A DNA stretch of 64,000 nt, taken from contig OZ210885.1 of assembly GCA_964658305.1 (NCBI GenBank), positions 14,074,001-14,138,000 on the forward strand. Reading direction: 5' to 3'. Under the pieces are notes generated by a model, which did no database searches, was not told the DNA's origin, and saw nothing but the letters and a program-made list of their open reading frames with translations. This DNA comes from Leptogorgia sarmentosa. Taxonomy: Eukaryota. Shown here one piece after another: positions 49,301-61,803 of this stretch (position 1 is the stretch's first letter; the number at the start of each line of letters is the position of its first letter). Made by a program: the position numbers and the translations under genes.

Positions 49301-52300
49301 CTGCAGAGGGGAGTAGTGCATGATGCTGGTGGTTGGGTATTGATATAAAATAGGAAAGGTTTGTTGTGATGTACTTCCACTTTGGGGTATGGCTTGGGGA
49401 CTGGGACTTGTATAGGTGGACTGGGCGCTGATTACAGAACTACTCACTGGATCATTCATAGTTGAAGGTACAAATTCAGGTGCCGAAACATTGATGGTGG
49501 TATCTGTCTCTGTGACAGCAGGTGGGGGGTGTCACTCACGGCTCCTTCCTTGGGGGCGCTGGTGGGGTTGTGGTCAACTTGAGTACAGGGATTGGTCACA
49601 GGTTGGCTGCTAGAGGTTGCACTATTTTGGGGGTCCATATTCAGAAGTGCAGCAGATGCACCCGCAGTATCTACTTGATTTACAATAGGGGGTGATGGAG
49701 TTTTCTCGAATGAGCTTTGACAATCACATAGATACAGATTTATTGATCTAACCTGTTTAAAACCCTGTGCAATAATCTCATCAATCTGAAGATGTAACTG
49801 AATATCTTGCTCCGAATTTGAAGACCCGATCAAACTCAATTCAGAGATTTTCCCACACAACACATTTAACATTGACTGCAATTCTTCTTTGTCTAATTGC
49901 AATGCTCGCTTATTTGGACTGGCAGAGTTAAGGTTTATATCAACTGTATCCATTAACTCTCTTATTCGACTAGAATCTAGCTTTAAGGAAACTCTGGCTG
50001 GTTCTACTGCTAAGTTTTTGTATATCTCTTGCTCAGCAGCCTTATGTTCCAAGAATACTTCCCTAGCCTCATTATAACACCGATTAACATTGTCTCTATA
50101 CTCACGAATATCCTCTCCGTTGACAACACGATGTTCGCTGTTCTCTTCCTCTGACACGAGAAGTTCAAACTCTTCATTCGCTACGCAGAAATCATCGTAC
50201 GCTTTCTCGAGTTCGATTATTAAACTCTTCAACACGTCATACTCTGTTCCTCGGTGGGCTGCGCCGATAAGACGCCTCGAGGCCAAACTAACCGCCGTTT
50301 TGGCCTTACTTCTCTCTTGTTTCTTGTTTTGGACACTCATATTTTAGTTCATAACGTCGACCAATGACTCAATGATAACTACGTCAAGCAACTTCGAGCA
50401 TTTGTCAGGCAAAACTCCTTTAAAGTCGGCTTCTTTATAGCTCACGAACGTCACTATCCCGCTGATTGATTTCTTCGATCACGAGTGTTTTACTGTATTG
50501 GTATCGTTATATACCCACGTATTTCAACGCGCATGCAAACATAATTACACAAAGAAAACGATAATTACTTAAACAATGTATAAACTTTTATTTCCTTACA
50601 ATTACCGTCGAATTATTAAGCCTTTTGAGCGGTAAAACACTGTGGTGTATTTGTCATAAATATCGCTTTCGTATCGGATCTTTCTCTTTACTCAAAGTAC
50701 AACGATTTAATTTACAAAAAGAACCCAATGTTTATTTTACGTTTAATCTCCTTTTCCCTATCTAAAAACCCACACCACTCATGCAAAAACGTCAAAACCG
50801 TCACTTCCGGTCAACACAACGCCAACCTATACATGAAGTATCTCACACTCCCCACGTTGATCATTTAAGATGATCAAATTTTGAACTTAATATCAACATA
50901 AATTTGACTATATGTCCAATTTGTCATTGTCCCTTACGCAAAAGTTCACCAATAACCGCTGCTGTTCGTCTTGGGCGATTTCTGGTCGTCGTCTCTGAAT
51001 CTATTGGATTAGTGGTACAAAGGTCTTTGTCAGCACGATCAGTTCGTTCAGGTCCCATGTGCAATTCCAAGGGTATTAGATGTTGTATAGGCCTGCGTAA
51101 TTCCGTCGTCTTTCCTTTCTCACCGTGAACTAGACGGATTTTCGCAGCTCGTATTATTCCGTCCGCACTTTGTATAAGATCTTGCATCTTAGCCAATTTC
51201 CAAAAAAGACGTGGCCTTCCGTCTTCCTTTAAGATCACAATATCTCCTACTGCAACATGTTGACCTTCTCGCCCATTTACAACTCTTGATCCTTCTCGTA
51301 TACTTAACAAATATTCTCGTTTCCATCGCTTCACAAATTGACTTAGTATCCGTTTCTGATATTTTGCTTTCCTCGTCAAAGATTGTTGTGTACTAACGAT
51401 CTCAAATTGTCTGTCGTTTGGGGAGGTATTTATCTGCCTTCCGTATATGAGTTGTGATGGAGTTAGCGGATAGGAAATACCATCTTCGTCGTCATATATA
51501 TATGTGAGCGGTCTGTTGTTCAGTGTAGCCTCAACCTCCACTAGAATAGTTCTCATTTTTTCGAAAGTTAACGATGTCCAACCAAGAATTTTCTTTAAGC
51601 AACGCTTCGTGCTTTGAATCAACCTTTCCCAGAATCCTCCTTGCCATGGAGCCCTTTCGATTATAAACTGCCAGGTGACCCCTTTTGTAGACAGATATCG
51701 TTGTACTTCTTCAGATCTTTCAATTAATTTCACCTCTTTGGCTGCTGATTTAAAAGTTTTGGCATTGTCAGACAGCAATCGCTGTGGAAGCCCTCGGCGT
51801 GATGTGAATCGTCGGAACGCAAGCAGAAATGTTCGTACTGACAGGTCTTCGGTAAGTTCTAGATGGACAGCCCTTGTTGAGGCACATGTGTAAAGGCAAA
51901 TATAGGTTTTCTGTTTGGAATTGTTTTTTACGTAGAGGGGTCCCGCAAAGTCTGCCAGTATTTGAAAAGGGGGGATCCTCACTCACTCGACACGCAGGTA
52001 ATGGGGGCTCCTTTTCACTCCTCAGCGCTCGCCCTTCAAATCTCTTACACACAACGCATTTCCGTAGAATCTGCTTAACCACCTCCCGACCTCGTGGAAT
52101 CCAATACCTCTCTCTTATGGAATTCAAAGTTTCTCCGACTCCGTCATGATGAACACTTTCGTGCCTTTCACGAACAACGAGGTTGGTAAGATGATGCTTG
52201 GACGGGAGTAACATTGGTCGTTTAGCTGCTTCCGATACAGTAGAGTGTAGGATTCTGCCTTCGCAACATAGTATCTCGTCTTCGTTGATTAACAGTTGAA

Positions 52301-54714
52301 ATTGTTTCACCAAGGGGGTGCTACCACCATGTTGCAGTTGTCGGAGCTCAGGCTCGAAAGTCTGCGCTTGTACACTTCTTATCCAACAAATTTCAGCTTG
52401 TCGTATTTCAGACGCATTTAATTCTTTCATTGTCGCAATATCGTTCTCCTCAGCGCGCGCTCGTCGAATAAATCTGAGTACATATGCTGTAACGCGAAGT
52501 AATTTCTTTAAAGAGCTGAAATTTGAACAATCGATAATTCGGGACACGTCTTCATAGTTTGAGGTTTCCTCAGTGTTCACGAAAGAATAAGTTATGTGTG
52601 GAGGAGACTTTACCAATTCTCAGAGACTTGTTTCCTCTGTTTTTTGAGACGGGGAAACACTTGGCCATTCACTTTCGTAATTTCCAATTACAGCGGCGAA
52701 TGCTTTCTTCGAAGCATCACTGAAGGAATGAAATTGCACCTCGGTAGGCTTCGTTGAAGTATTGAAGTAACACCGTGGTACACGAATTCTTTCGAGTTGG
52801 GGGAAATCGGTTAGAAGGGAATTCCATATGTTTCTGTATGGTTCCTGCAATTCATCGTCCCAATCAAGTCCCTCGGTACATATGGACTGGAAGATACATT
52901 TCAAGACAATGGAAAAGGGACTTAGGATACCCAATGGGTCGAAGATTTTAGCCGATATTCGCAGGAACGATCTTTTTGTTAAAGGGAGAGATTTTGCTAA
53001 TGTTATCAGTTCGCTAAATTCGAATTGAAATTCATCGTTCTCAGTATTCCACGCAGTGCCAAGTACGTTCACTGACGTGTCCTTCGGTTGTAAATTGCTG
53101 CCAATTGTAGTCTTTGTGTATGATTCGTCTTCTTCTGTCACGCTCTCTTCTTTGACGGGAGTTTGTTTTGCAAGACCGTGCACGGTGGTTTCTTGGTCTC
53201 TGATGAATTCCAGTAATTCGGTTGAATTGGTATGCCATTTTCTTAAGTTGAAACTGGCTTCTTTCATGATCTGTTTGGAATTCTTATAGATTTCTTTGCC
53301 TTTATCGACACTGCTAGAACCAGATAGAAAGTCATCCACATACATGGATTTCTTGATCAATTCGACTAGTTCACGATCGTATCCCTGGCTGGTATTTAAA
53401 TGGTGACTAAGAACTGCTCCTAATATGGCTGGGGACGGACGTAATCCGAACATTAAGCGACAAAAGCGTAGGTGAATCATTTCCGACTGTGAGTCGTAGG
53501 GATTCTTCATCCACAGGAAGCGAAGCATATCTCTGTCGTCAGGATTTATTCCGATCATTAAAAAGGCCTTTTCTATGTCTGCTGAGATGGCAATTGGATT
53601 CCAACGGAATCGAATGAGAACGTCGAGTAATCGAGGTATATAGTTCGGTCCTGTTTCTAAGCAGTCATTCAGCGCTTGCGGTTGATCCTTCGATCTCGCT
53701 GAGCCATCATACACAACTCGTAGTTTGGTTGTTTCTCTGTTCTGTCGAATTACGGCGTGATGAGGTACGTAATGGGTGATTTGTTGCTGTGTTCCTCATG
53801 TTTCGACATTATTGGACTTTATTTGCTCAATTTCTTCCCTTGGGATTTCCTCCACGACGCCAGAAGAAAGTTGTTCCTTTATGATTTGATCATATTCTCT
53901 GGAGTACTGGCTTCTTTCGCAACTTGAAATGCATGGATCGCAATCGGTCACGGGATAACTCAGTTGTTTGGAATAGGCATGTATTCACGTTTCCAGGGTA
54001 ATCTTACTTCATAGCGTTCTCCTCGACGATAAACATACTTAGTGAATTCTTCTTCACTCTGGACTGCATCCTCAGATAGATGTATGCTGATTGATTCGCA
54101 TTCCCAAAACTTCTTCAATGTTCCTACAAGGTCCTGTTCTTCATCGTAGGCACCATTATGGCCTAACTCACTCTTTCCGGAAATAATTAGATTTGACAGA
54201 ACGTCGGTGGGGTTTGCTGAATCGTGAAGTGGACCGGACAGTAGCCATCCCAGTCTACTACTTACTGCTACAAGACCAGATTCTCCCTTCCTCATTTCTC
54301 CCAGAACTATTTCCCAATAATAATTGGAACCAATAAGCACGTCGATTTCTTCATTGGCGTCTGGTTTAAAATTCTCAGCTAGATCGAGACCATCCAGATG
54401 AACGAATTCTTCAATATTGATTCTGCTTGGTAAAGATGAACAGATTACTGGAAAACTGAGTGCTTTGATTGTTATTATTCCATGATTTCTATCTTCAAGA
54501 TGAAGTTCCACCAAGTCACAATTTTGCTTGCGAAATTTAGAATTACCAAATGTGTTTAGGTTCAGCAACACTTGGAACCTTGACAATTAGATACCTATTT
54601 ACCGCGGGCTCGTCTCCCATCTTCGCTGGTGCTTTATGTTAATAATAATAATATAATAGTAAGTCTGTTATCGTATCGAAAGTTCTAATTAACGTCTAAA
54701 GTCATACCGACACA
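43354..54714 (-). mobile_element. BEL/Pao LTR retrotransposon 2, nested in element 1, opposite strand
   Basis: 5-bp TSD TTGGT (43349-43353, 54715-54719); 316-bp 3' LTR at 43354-43669; 5' LTR split into 50494-50651 and 54594-54714. Gag from 50340, protease FCDGGS, RT (NMGD, YVDD), RNase H (LSDGS), integrase (DLFGP). Removing it restores ..RDIGISALCYPKI.. in element 1. Confidence 0.95.
50652..54590 (-). mobile_element. BEL/Pao LTR retrotransposon 3, 5'-truncated, nested in the 5' LTR of element 2
   Basis: Probable single 196-bp TG..CA LTR at 50652-50847, preceded in element sense by purine-rich GTGGGGAG. Pol pieces: DVLIG, YVDD, FSDAS, DFAGP, PWQGGFWERL. Gag, 5' LTR and second TSD are absent. 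Confidence 0.9.
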
Positions 54715-57700
54715 TTGGTATCTCAGCATTGTGTTATCCGAAAATTTACACGCCACTTTCAACAACGTTTGATATAGCACGATATGTTCCTCTGGAGGCG
54801 TTGGATTTTGCCGATAAAAATTTGGAAAGCGAAGACAGTTCTGCAACGAATATCGACATCTTAATCGGGTCCGACTATTATTATGATATCGTCACCGGAG
54901 AAATTCAGCGAGGAGACGACGGTCCTGTGGCGATCAACAGCGAATTTGGATGGATCGTCTCGGGGAGAGCTTATAGCAAATCTGCGACTAATGGGGAAAC
55001 GATGACGCATCTTATTGTGGAGAAATCAGATGTTGTATCCCTCCATCCATGGGATAAGGACGGAGATGAAGGCTTAACTTCGGCAGTTAAAAGGTTTTGG
55101 GATACAGAAACGCTTGGGATTTTCGAACCTAAGGCAGCACCGGAGCCACAATTTCCGAGAGAGTTAACCTTTGACGAGAATCAGCATCGATATCAAGTGA
55201 ATCTCCCATAGAAGGACGAGCGAGTGCCTGAAAATAATGGCTATGTTTCGTGCATAAAACGACTGCGCCAACTTCACTCTCGTTTAAAATCAGACCGAGA
55301 ACTACTTAAGCAATATGACGCAGTCATTAAAGAGCAAGTGGAGTCAGGTATAATTGAGCGAGTTTTGGAAAATTCGGCGAGCGATGAATCAACTTATTTT
55401 CTTCCACATCATGGTGTTATACGAGAGGACAAAACTACAACAAAGGTTCATGTAGTATTTGATGGCTCGGCGAAGCACGGTACGTCGAATGTGTCTCTAA
55501 ACGAGTGTCTTGAAAAGGGTCCAAACCTTGTTCCCCGCCTTTTTGATGTTGTCGTAAGGTTCAGAAGTTATCCGGTAGGAATCGTCGCTGACGTAGAAAA
55601 AGCGTTTCATCAAATCGAAATCCATCACGATGACCGTCGTATGCTGCGTTTTCTGTGGTTTGACGACATATACAAGGAACACCTTGAAATTGTCGAATAT
55701 CAGTTTTGTCGTTTGGTCTTTGGTTTGACGCCAAGTCCAGCTATTCTGCCTTCTGTCATTCAACATCATTTGGTACAACACAAACCCAGTGAGGCCGAAG
55801 CTGTTTCGATGTTACAAGATTCTTTCTACGTAGACGATTTGGTTGGTGGTGCTATGGACGATACTCAAGCTTTGCAGATGCACAAGAAAGCAAGCGACAT
55901 AATGAAGGCAGGAGGATTTAAATTGCGAAAATGGAACTCCAACTCAAGAATTCTGCGTGAGAAGGTCGCAAATAATACCGATCAAGTGAAGGAGAATGAG
56001 AAGTTATCATCCGCAGTGGAACTCCTCGGGAGCAGGCAAGAGGAAGTTGTTAGTGATAATAGCATGTCTGAAAAAGACTTCAGAACTGAACGAGATCTAA
56101 TCAGCGGGGATGACAACCGTAACGCGCAACGTTTTCAACCTGAAGTTGATTCCACACAAACAAGTTTGGTTAAAATCCTAGGATTGAACTGGAATGTCGA
56201 AACAGATGAAATTCAGTACGACCTCAGCGCAATGGTGAAGTATGCATCGGCTCTTCCTCCAACCAAGAGATCAGTGCTGCGGCTTACAGCAAAAATATTT
56301 GATCCCCTCGGACTTCTTTCCCCATTTACGATTACCATGAAAATCCTGTTCCAGATTTTGTGCAACACAGGTGTCAACTGGGATGATACGTTGCATGGAG
56401 AAGCATTGGCAGCATGGAAACGATTTGTACAGGATCTGTCAACCTTAAACGACGTTCGAATTCCTCAATGTTATTTTCGAAAGACAAAGGAGGGACCGGT
56501 AATTTATGAGCTTCATGGATTTAGTGACGCGTCGTCGAAAGCTTTTGCTGCAGTGGTATATCTACGCACAGTTCATTATAATGGAGATATCGAAGTAACT
56601 TTAGTTGCGTCGAAAACGAGAGTGGCTCCAATTAAAGGGCAATCAATCCCAAGAATGGAGCTATTGTGAGCGAATATACTAGCTCGACTGATAAGGTCGG
56701 TTTTGAATGCAGTGACTTCGTTAATCAGGGATCCGGAAGTATTTTGTTGGACTGACTCGTTCACGGCCTTATGTTGGATTAGAAACGATAAACCTTGGAA
56801 ACAATACGTAAAACATCGCGTGCAGGAGATACTCAAGCTCACGAAGCGAGAATCTTGGAGATTCTGCCCAGGAGAGAAAAATCCGGCGGACTTGCCATTG
56901 AGGGAGTAACGGAATCGAGTTAACGAAGAATTTGACGTGGTGGAGCGGACCAGAATTCCTTAGAAAAACCGGCGAGTTATGGCCAACCGAACCAGAGACC
57001 TGTAAAGGTGATGATACTAAAGCGTTTGCTGAAATCACAAAACCCAAGAAGGAGCCAGTCATAACCAGAGCCTTGGTAAATGTTGGAACAGAATCCCTGA
57101 ATGTAGAAGCGATCATGGATTGTAAACGGTACAGTACAAAGAAGAAACTTCTGCGAGTCACAGCTTTAGTAAAAAGATTCATTGATAGACTTCGGAAACG
57201 AGCGGTGCCGGCTGAATTGACGGCTGAGGAGCTGAGAGCGGCTGACAAACTATGGTTAATTTCAATACAAGCAAACAGTTTTGAGAACGAAAGATCACAT
57301 CTTCAAGGGGGTTTAACGAAAGCACCGCCATTGATACGACAGATCTATTTTTGGACAAGGAAACCACCATTCGATGTCAAGGAAGAGTTAATGAATCATC
57401 ACTTTCGATGTCAGCAAAGCAGCCCATACTTCTTCCAACTAGGCACTACTACACTGAACTCGTAATTCGCGATTGTCACAACGTTGTGCATCACAATGGT
57501 ATCAAAGAAACATTGAATTGCATCCGTGAATTCTATTGGATTCCCCGGGGCAGAGAAGCTGTCAAACGTATTGCCGCAGGATGCGTGACCTGCAAGAAAC
57601 AGGAAGGGAAACCGTATGGCACACCGAAACTCGCTCCTTTACCCTCACTTAGAGTAAGCGACGCTCCACCTTTCGTCAATACGGGAATAGATTTCGCAGG

Positions 57701-59140
57701 GCCACTAATCGTAAAGACCAATGCCGAAAATGAGAAAACAGGAATGTTGCAAAAGGCTTATGTGTGCCTTTATACATGTGCGTCAACGCGAGCTTTGCAC
57801 TTGGAACTTGTGCCTTACAATCATTTCGACGATTCGCAGCGCGAAGAGGACTACCAGCCAGAATTCTATCAGACAACGCAAAAACGTTCAAATCGGCGGC
57901 AAAGGAGGTTAAACTGATTGCCAGATCTACCGAAGTTCAACGATATTTTGCCAATAAAGGAATTGTGTGGAATTTTATCGTGGAAAAGGCTCCGTGGCAA
58001 GGAGGGTTTTGGAAGCGAATGGTAAAATGTGTTAAACATTGTTTAAAAAAGTCAGTTGGTCGAGCATCATTGTCGTTTGAGGAAATGCGCACGATACTGA
58101 TTGAGGTGGAAGCTACGTTGAACAATCGACCGATGACGTACATATATGACGACGACGAAGGAGTTTCCTACCCTTTAACACCCGCGACTTTAATCTATGG
58201 ACGAAATATCGCGACAACGCCAAACAATTCGAAGTGGTGAGTACAAATCAATCGCTAACTCGACGGCAGAAGTATCATAAAAGACTGCTAAATGAGTGGA
58301 TGAATCAATTGAGAACAGAGTATCTTACAAGTTTGAGAGAGTCATCGAAGTCCACGGTCTACCCCAGCACAAATGGTAAAGGTCCGATCAACGTTGGAGA
58401 GGTTGTTATTTTGAAGAGTGATAAATCAGCGAGAGCTTTTTGGAATTTAGCTAAGGTCGAAGAGTTAATAACAAGTAAGGATGGTGTTGTAAGAGCGGCG
58501 AGAATACGCGTAATTAACCAAGGTAGTGGCAAATCAACAATGTTACAAAGACCAGTGCAACATCTTATTCCGCTAGAGATCCGGTCAGATGGCGAACAGA
58601 CAGATGCGAAAGCCCAGAGTACTCAACCTGTCGAGTCCCAGCGCGAAGGTTCTTCGTCGGAGGAAACAAACAACTCAAGAAAGAAGGTGTTCGTTCAATT
58701 TTTCATATTTTAGGTTCTTAATCGTGTATTACATGAACGATTAACCCTCGGGAGTGTTAGGAACGGTTAATATTCTAGATCTGTTAAAGTTAATTAATAT
58801 GCAGAGCACGTGCATAAATATGGCGGACGGAGGGTAGAAGCTAGCGCCAGTGCCGAACTTATTGAGTATTTTATGTTGTAAAGGGAGTAGTTGTAAAATA
58901 AAGGTTAACATAATTTGAAAGTTTTTTACACTCCTAACTCGAGATGGTAAGCCATAGCAAACAACAGCTTACTCAAATAGCTCCAAAACAGTGTCAGCTC
59001 TGTTGTTGTTTGAGCATGATAAAAATACTGGAACTCTTGAAAAACCATCTATTCCACCATGGATGACCATTTTGCACCTTTAAGAAATTAACAGTTAACT
59101 ATAAGACTATCAGGAAAAGTTTTAGGTAATTTTGATCAAT

Positions 59141-59344
59141 GTGTAAAACACTCCCACAATCTTTTGCCTAATGGTGAACAATTTAAATAAACTAAATAAT
59201 AATTTTAGAGTTAGGCGAACCATTAGGGTTAGAATTTGTTAGGGTTTATGGTGAGGATGGGGTTAGACCATCCCTAACTCTGACCAATAACCCCTTAACA
59301 ATCATGTTTACCATTTAGGCAAAATATTGTGGGAGTATTTTACA
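59141..59344. mobile_element. Small MITE-like inverted repeat with internal GGTTAG-like motifs, in a transposase intron
   Basis: TGTAAAACACTCCCACAATCTTTTGCCTAATGGTGAACA versus TGTTTACCATTTAGGCAAAATATTGTGGGAGTATTTTACA. Confidence 0.65.
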
Positions 59345-60784
59345 TTAATGATTATAGTTCACTTATAATACAGTTGAGGAGCTTTTCCAATTAGGTTTTA
59401 TCAACTTTGAAGATTTTTTTACAATTCATCCTCAACAAGTTTTATGTAACTGTTCATTCAAGGTTTATTTAAGTAATTTAACCTACATTACAAGTTACAA
59501 CCTGTTGACGTTGTACACCATATCAAAGAAAACTGACTCAATTATTGAACTATTGTATATTGTATAATACTGCATTATGAATATATCAATATGACCATTG
59601 ATCATAGGGTCAATTACCTAATAAGTTTATGGTAACCATCAATATGCCACAGTGAATTTTGTCCCTTAACAGAATATGTCCTTCTGTGAACTGCAGCCAT
59701 CCATCTTACCAATGTGCCTTCTGGGTCCACCCTACGCACAGAGGCTCTCACTCGATGTTGCTGACTTTTTAGCCCCTGAGAACGCAAGTGGCCAATCACC
59801 ATCCTGTAACCACACCTTGGGTGAGCTTGTTTAATCTCAATAACCAAATTGTCTAACTGCTCATCAGTTATTTGGGAAAATGGCTGACTGCTGTCAACAT
59901 GATGTTCGCGCATGCGTCGCCTCACCGTACTCAATGAAACTCCAAGCATGTTGGCTATTTGCACAGCAGTGAAGTTGTGTTCGATGAAATATTGCAATTG
60001 ATCCCTTGAAACTTCAAACTTTGATCTACCTGGCCTTGGGGTACCTGTCAATGTCTCACCAATTAAATTAGGCCGTTGCAAGACATCCACGAGACGCCTA
60101 GAGTTATTTAACAACAGACATACGTTTAATTCTCTCACAAATATGCATGGTGTTATGTTATGGGAATATGTCCCAGTGATAATTTGGTTTCAAACTGTCA
60201 TTCAAAATTGCAATGATAATGATAATGAGGCATCTTAGACTTTTATATTTTCCTTTTCAGCTTTAACTATCAAAGCTGTTCTTTTGTGTACTACCTCAAA
60301 ACAATATCCATAATTGGTTTGCAGGTTGTCAAGTGAAAAATAGGTTCTTGTATTCTTTCATATTTTCATAAACTTTTTGGCATATTATATGCATTACATT
60401 CATGTAGATCACGATATATTTATTGTACGTCTAAAAGTTAGCCATGATCCAAATTAGTTTTCACATAGGTATTATGTTTATTTCACATGGAAACTTTATT
60501 CAAGAATTTGTTTGTGGTCAAGTATTTTAAAGTTCAAACATGTATGCTCATATTGTAATGCATCTATAAATGTTCTAAATCAATCACCTTCATTCATCAC
60601 AGTTCTTGGAAATGGAGCTATACAATGTGTAAGGATTTTTTCTCCAGTTAATTTCGTCAAGACTGTCAAACTCGGGCCTGATAATATATAAACAGAAACA
60701 GTTTTAACAAACTTTAATAGCTATGTGGTCAGGTTAAGTAACAGATAATAACATCAATAGGACTATTCAACTACTTAGGCAATA

Positions 60785-61245
60785 CAACAGAATTGAAGGT
60801 TTGGACACAGGCCCTTTGTATGGCATTAGTGTGCAGGGGAGGGAAAGTTTTTATACAAGAGAGAGAGTGTATTAAAACAACATATCATAAAGCAAGAACC
60901 AATCAGATGAATTTATGGAGAACTTATACAAGGCAAAAATAGGCATCATGTCTGGAAACATTTCTGTTTACCAGAAATGGGAAAGATGGTTTCAGTTTCC
61001 AACCTGTTTTATCTGACACACCCAGAGATAAATATTTTCCTTGCGCATGCATGCATCTCTCATATTATGCCTATTTTTACCTTGCATATAAAATATAGCT
61101 ATATAGTTTTCACCAAATCCATCTAATCGGTTTTTACTTTGTCACATGTTGTTTTAATATATTCACTTGAATAAAAACACACGTGCTTACGACCCCTACT
61201 ACCATTCGATACAGAGGGCCTCTGTTCGAAGCGTTGAATCTGTTT
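60785..61245. repeat. Old, diverged long inverted repeat (fold-back/MITE remnant)
   Basis: 60785-60950 aligns by eye to the reverse complement of 61060-61245 (GGCCCT.TGTAT, TATTAAAACAACAT, AAAAATAGGCAT). Confidence 0.6.
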
Positions 61246-61803
61246 TTTTATATGCTTGTTAAAACCACGGTCATGTCACAATTGCTGGTTAATAGGTAAA
61301 GAAAATATATCAAATTATTGCTGGCGCGAATACAACAAATCAACAATTCTATAAACGTGTAAACTCAAGCTGCATGATTAGATACACACATACCTGTCGG
61401 CTATATATTTACATCTTTCTGCTTCATCTTTAACACTTGTAATGCCAGAAATCCAACAGCGGTCCATGTTGCAGAATCCTTACCGATTCTTTTTATCAAA
61501 AGGGAAAAGATATAAAGATATTTGGAGCCGTAAAAAACGTATTGCGACAGTTGGTAAAATGTCGCGAATCAGCAAATGTTGCAAAATTTCAGGCTGGTGT
61601 CTGACGCGCATGTGTGGATCAGCTGGCAGTAAAAATTTCGTGAGACACTGGAGCGCTGAGAACTATAGACATTGTATAACGTTCTTTGACAAAAAAAAAA
61701 TCGAGTTACAAATATTATAGAATTTTGTATCAATTTTCTTCCTTGTTCGGCGCGGATAAAAGGTCGTTTACAAATGATATTATTTTGTTTTTAGTTTATA
61801 ATA

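Larger units (their letters stand above)
41345..58930 (+). mobile_element. BEL/Pao LTR retrotransposon 1 (outer), full length, decayed
   Basis: 176-bp TG..CA LTRs at 41345-41520 and 58755-58930 (4 mismatches); 5-bp TSD CTCCT. Gag (LPKF, three Cys-His knuckles) and protease LMDSGSQ at 41608-43353; RT (YVDD), RNase H (FSDAS) and integrase (GIDFAGP) at 54720-58713. Confidence 0.97.
25733..60138. mobile_element. Putative IS3EU-like two-gene DNA transposon (HECT gene plus IS3-like transposase), heavily expanded by insertions; right end not found in the window
   Basis: The Academ fragment stops abruptly at TATGGCGGGTGATGTGTG (25733), the candidate left end; ATTTGGCAACAATC occurs twice just inside; convergent HECT and DDE genes follow. 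The matching TIR was not seen, so both boundaries are inferred. Confidence 0.55.
40468..60138 (-). pseudogene. Spliced IS3-like/integrase-core DDE transposase, split by a 17.6-kb LTR insertion
   Basis: Exons about 60060-59618 (HTH QIANMLGVSLSTVRRR; LWHIDGYHKLIR); 59077-58931 joined to 41339-40938 ([35 protein letters not shown]); and 40701-40468 (GIDWDGP..GIELY..*). In-frame stops near 58968 and 40950, and a frameshift near 41285. Confidence 0.9.

Noticed and set aside
59205..59280. Interstitial telomere
   Set aside because: Only a few degenerate TTAGGG-like units inside a small inverted-repeat element.
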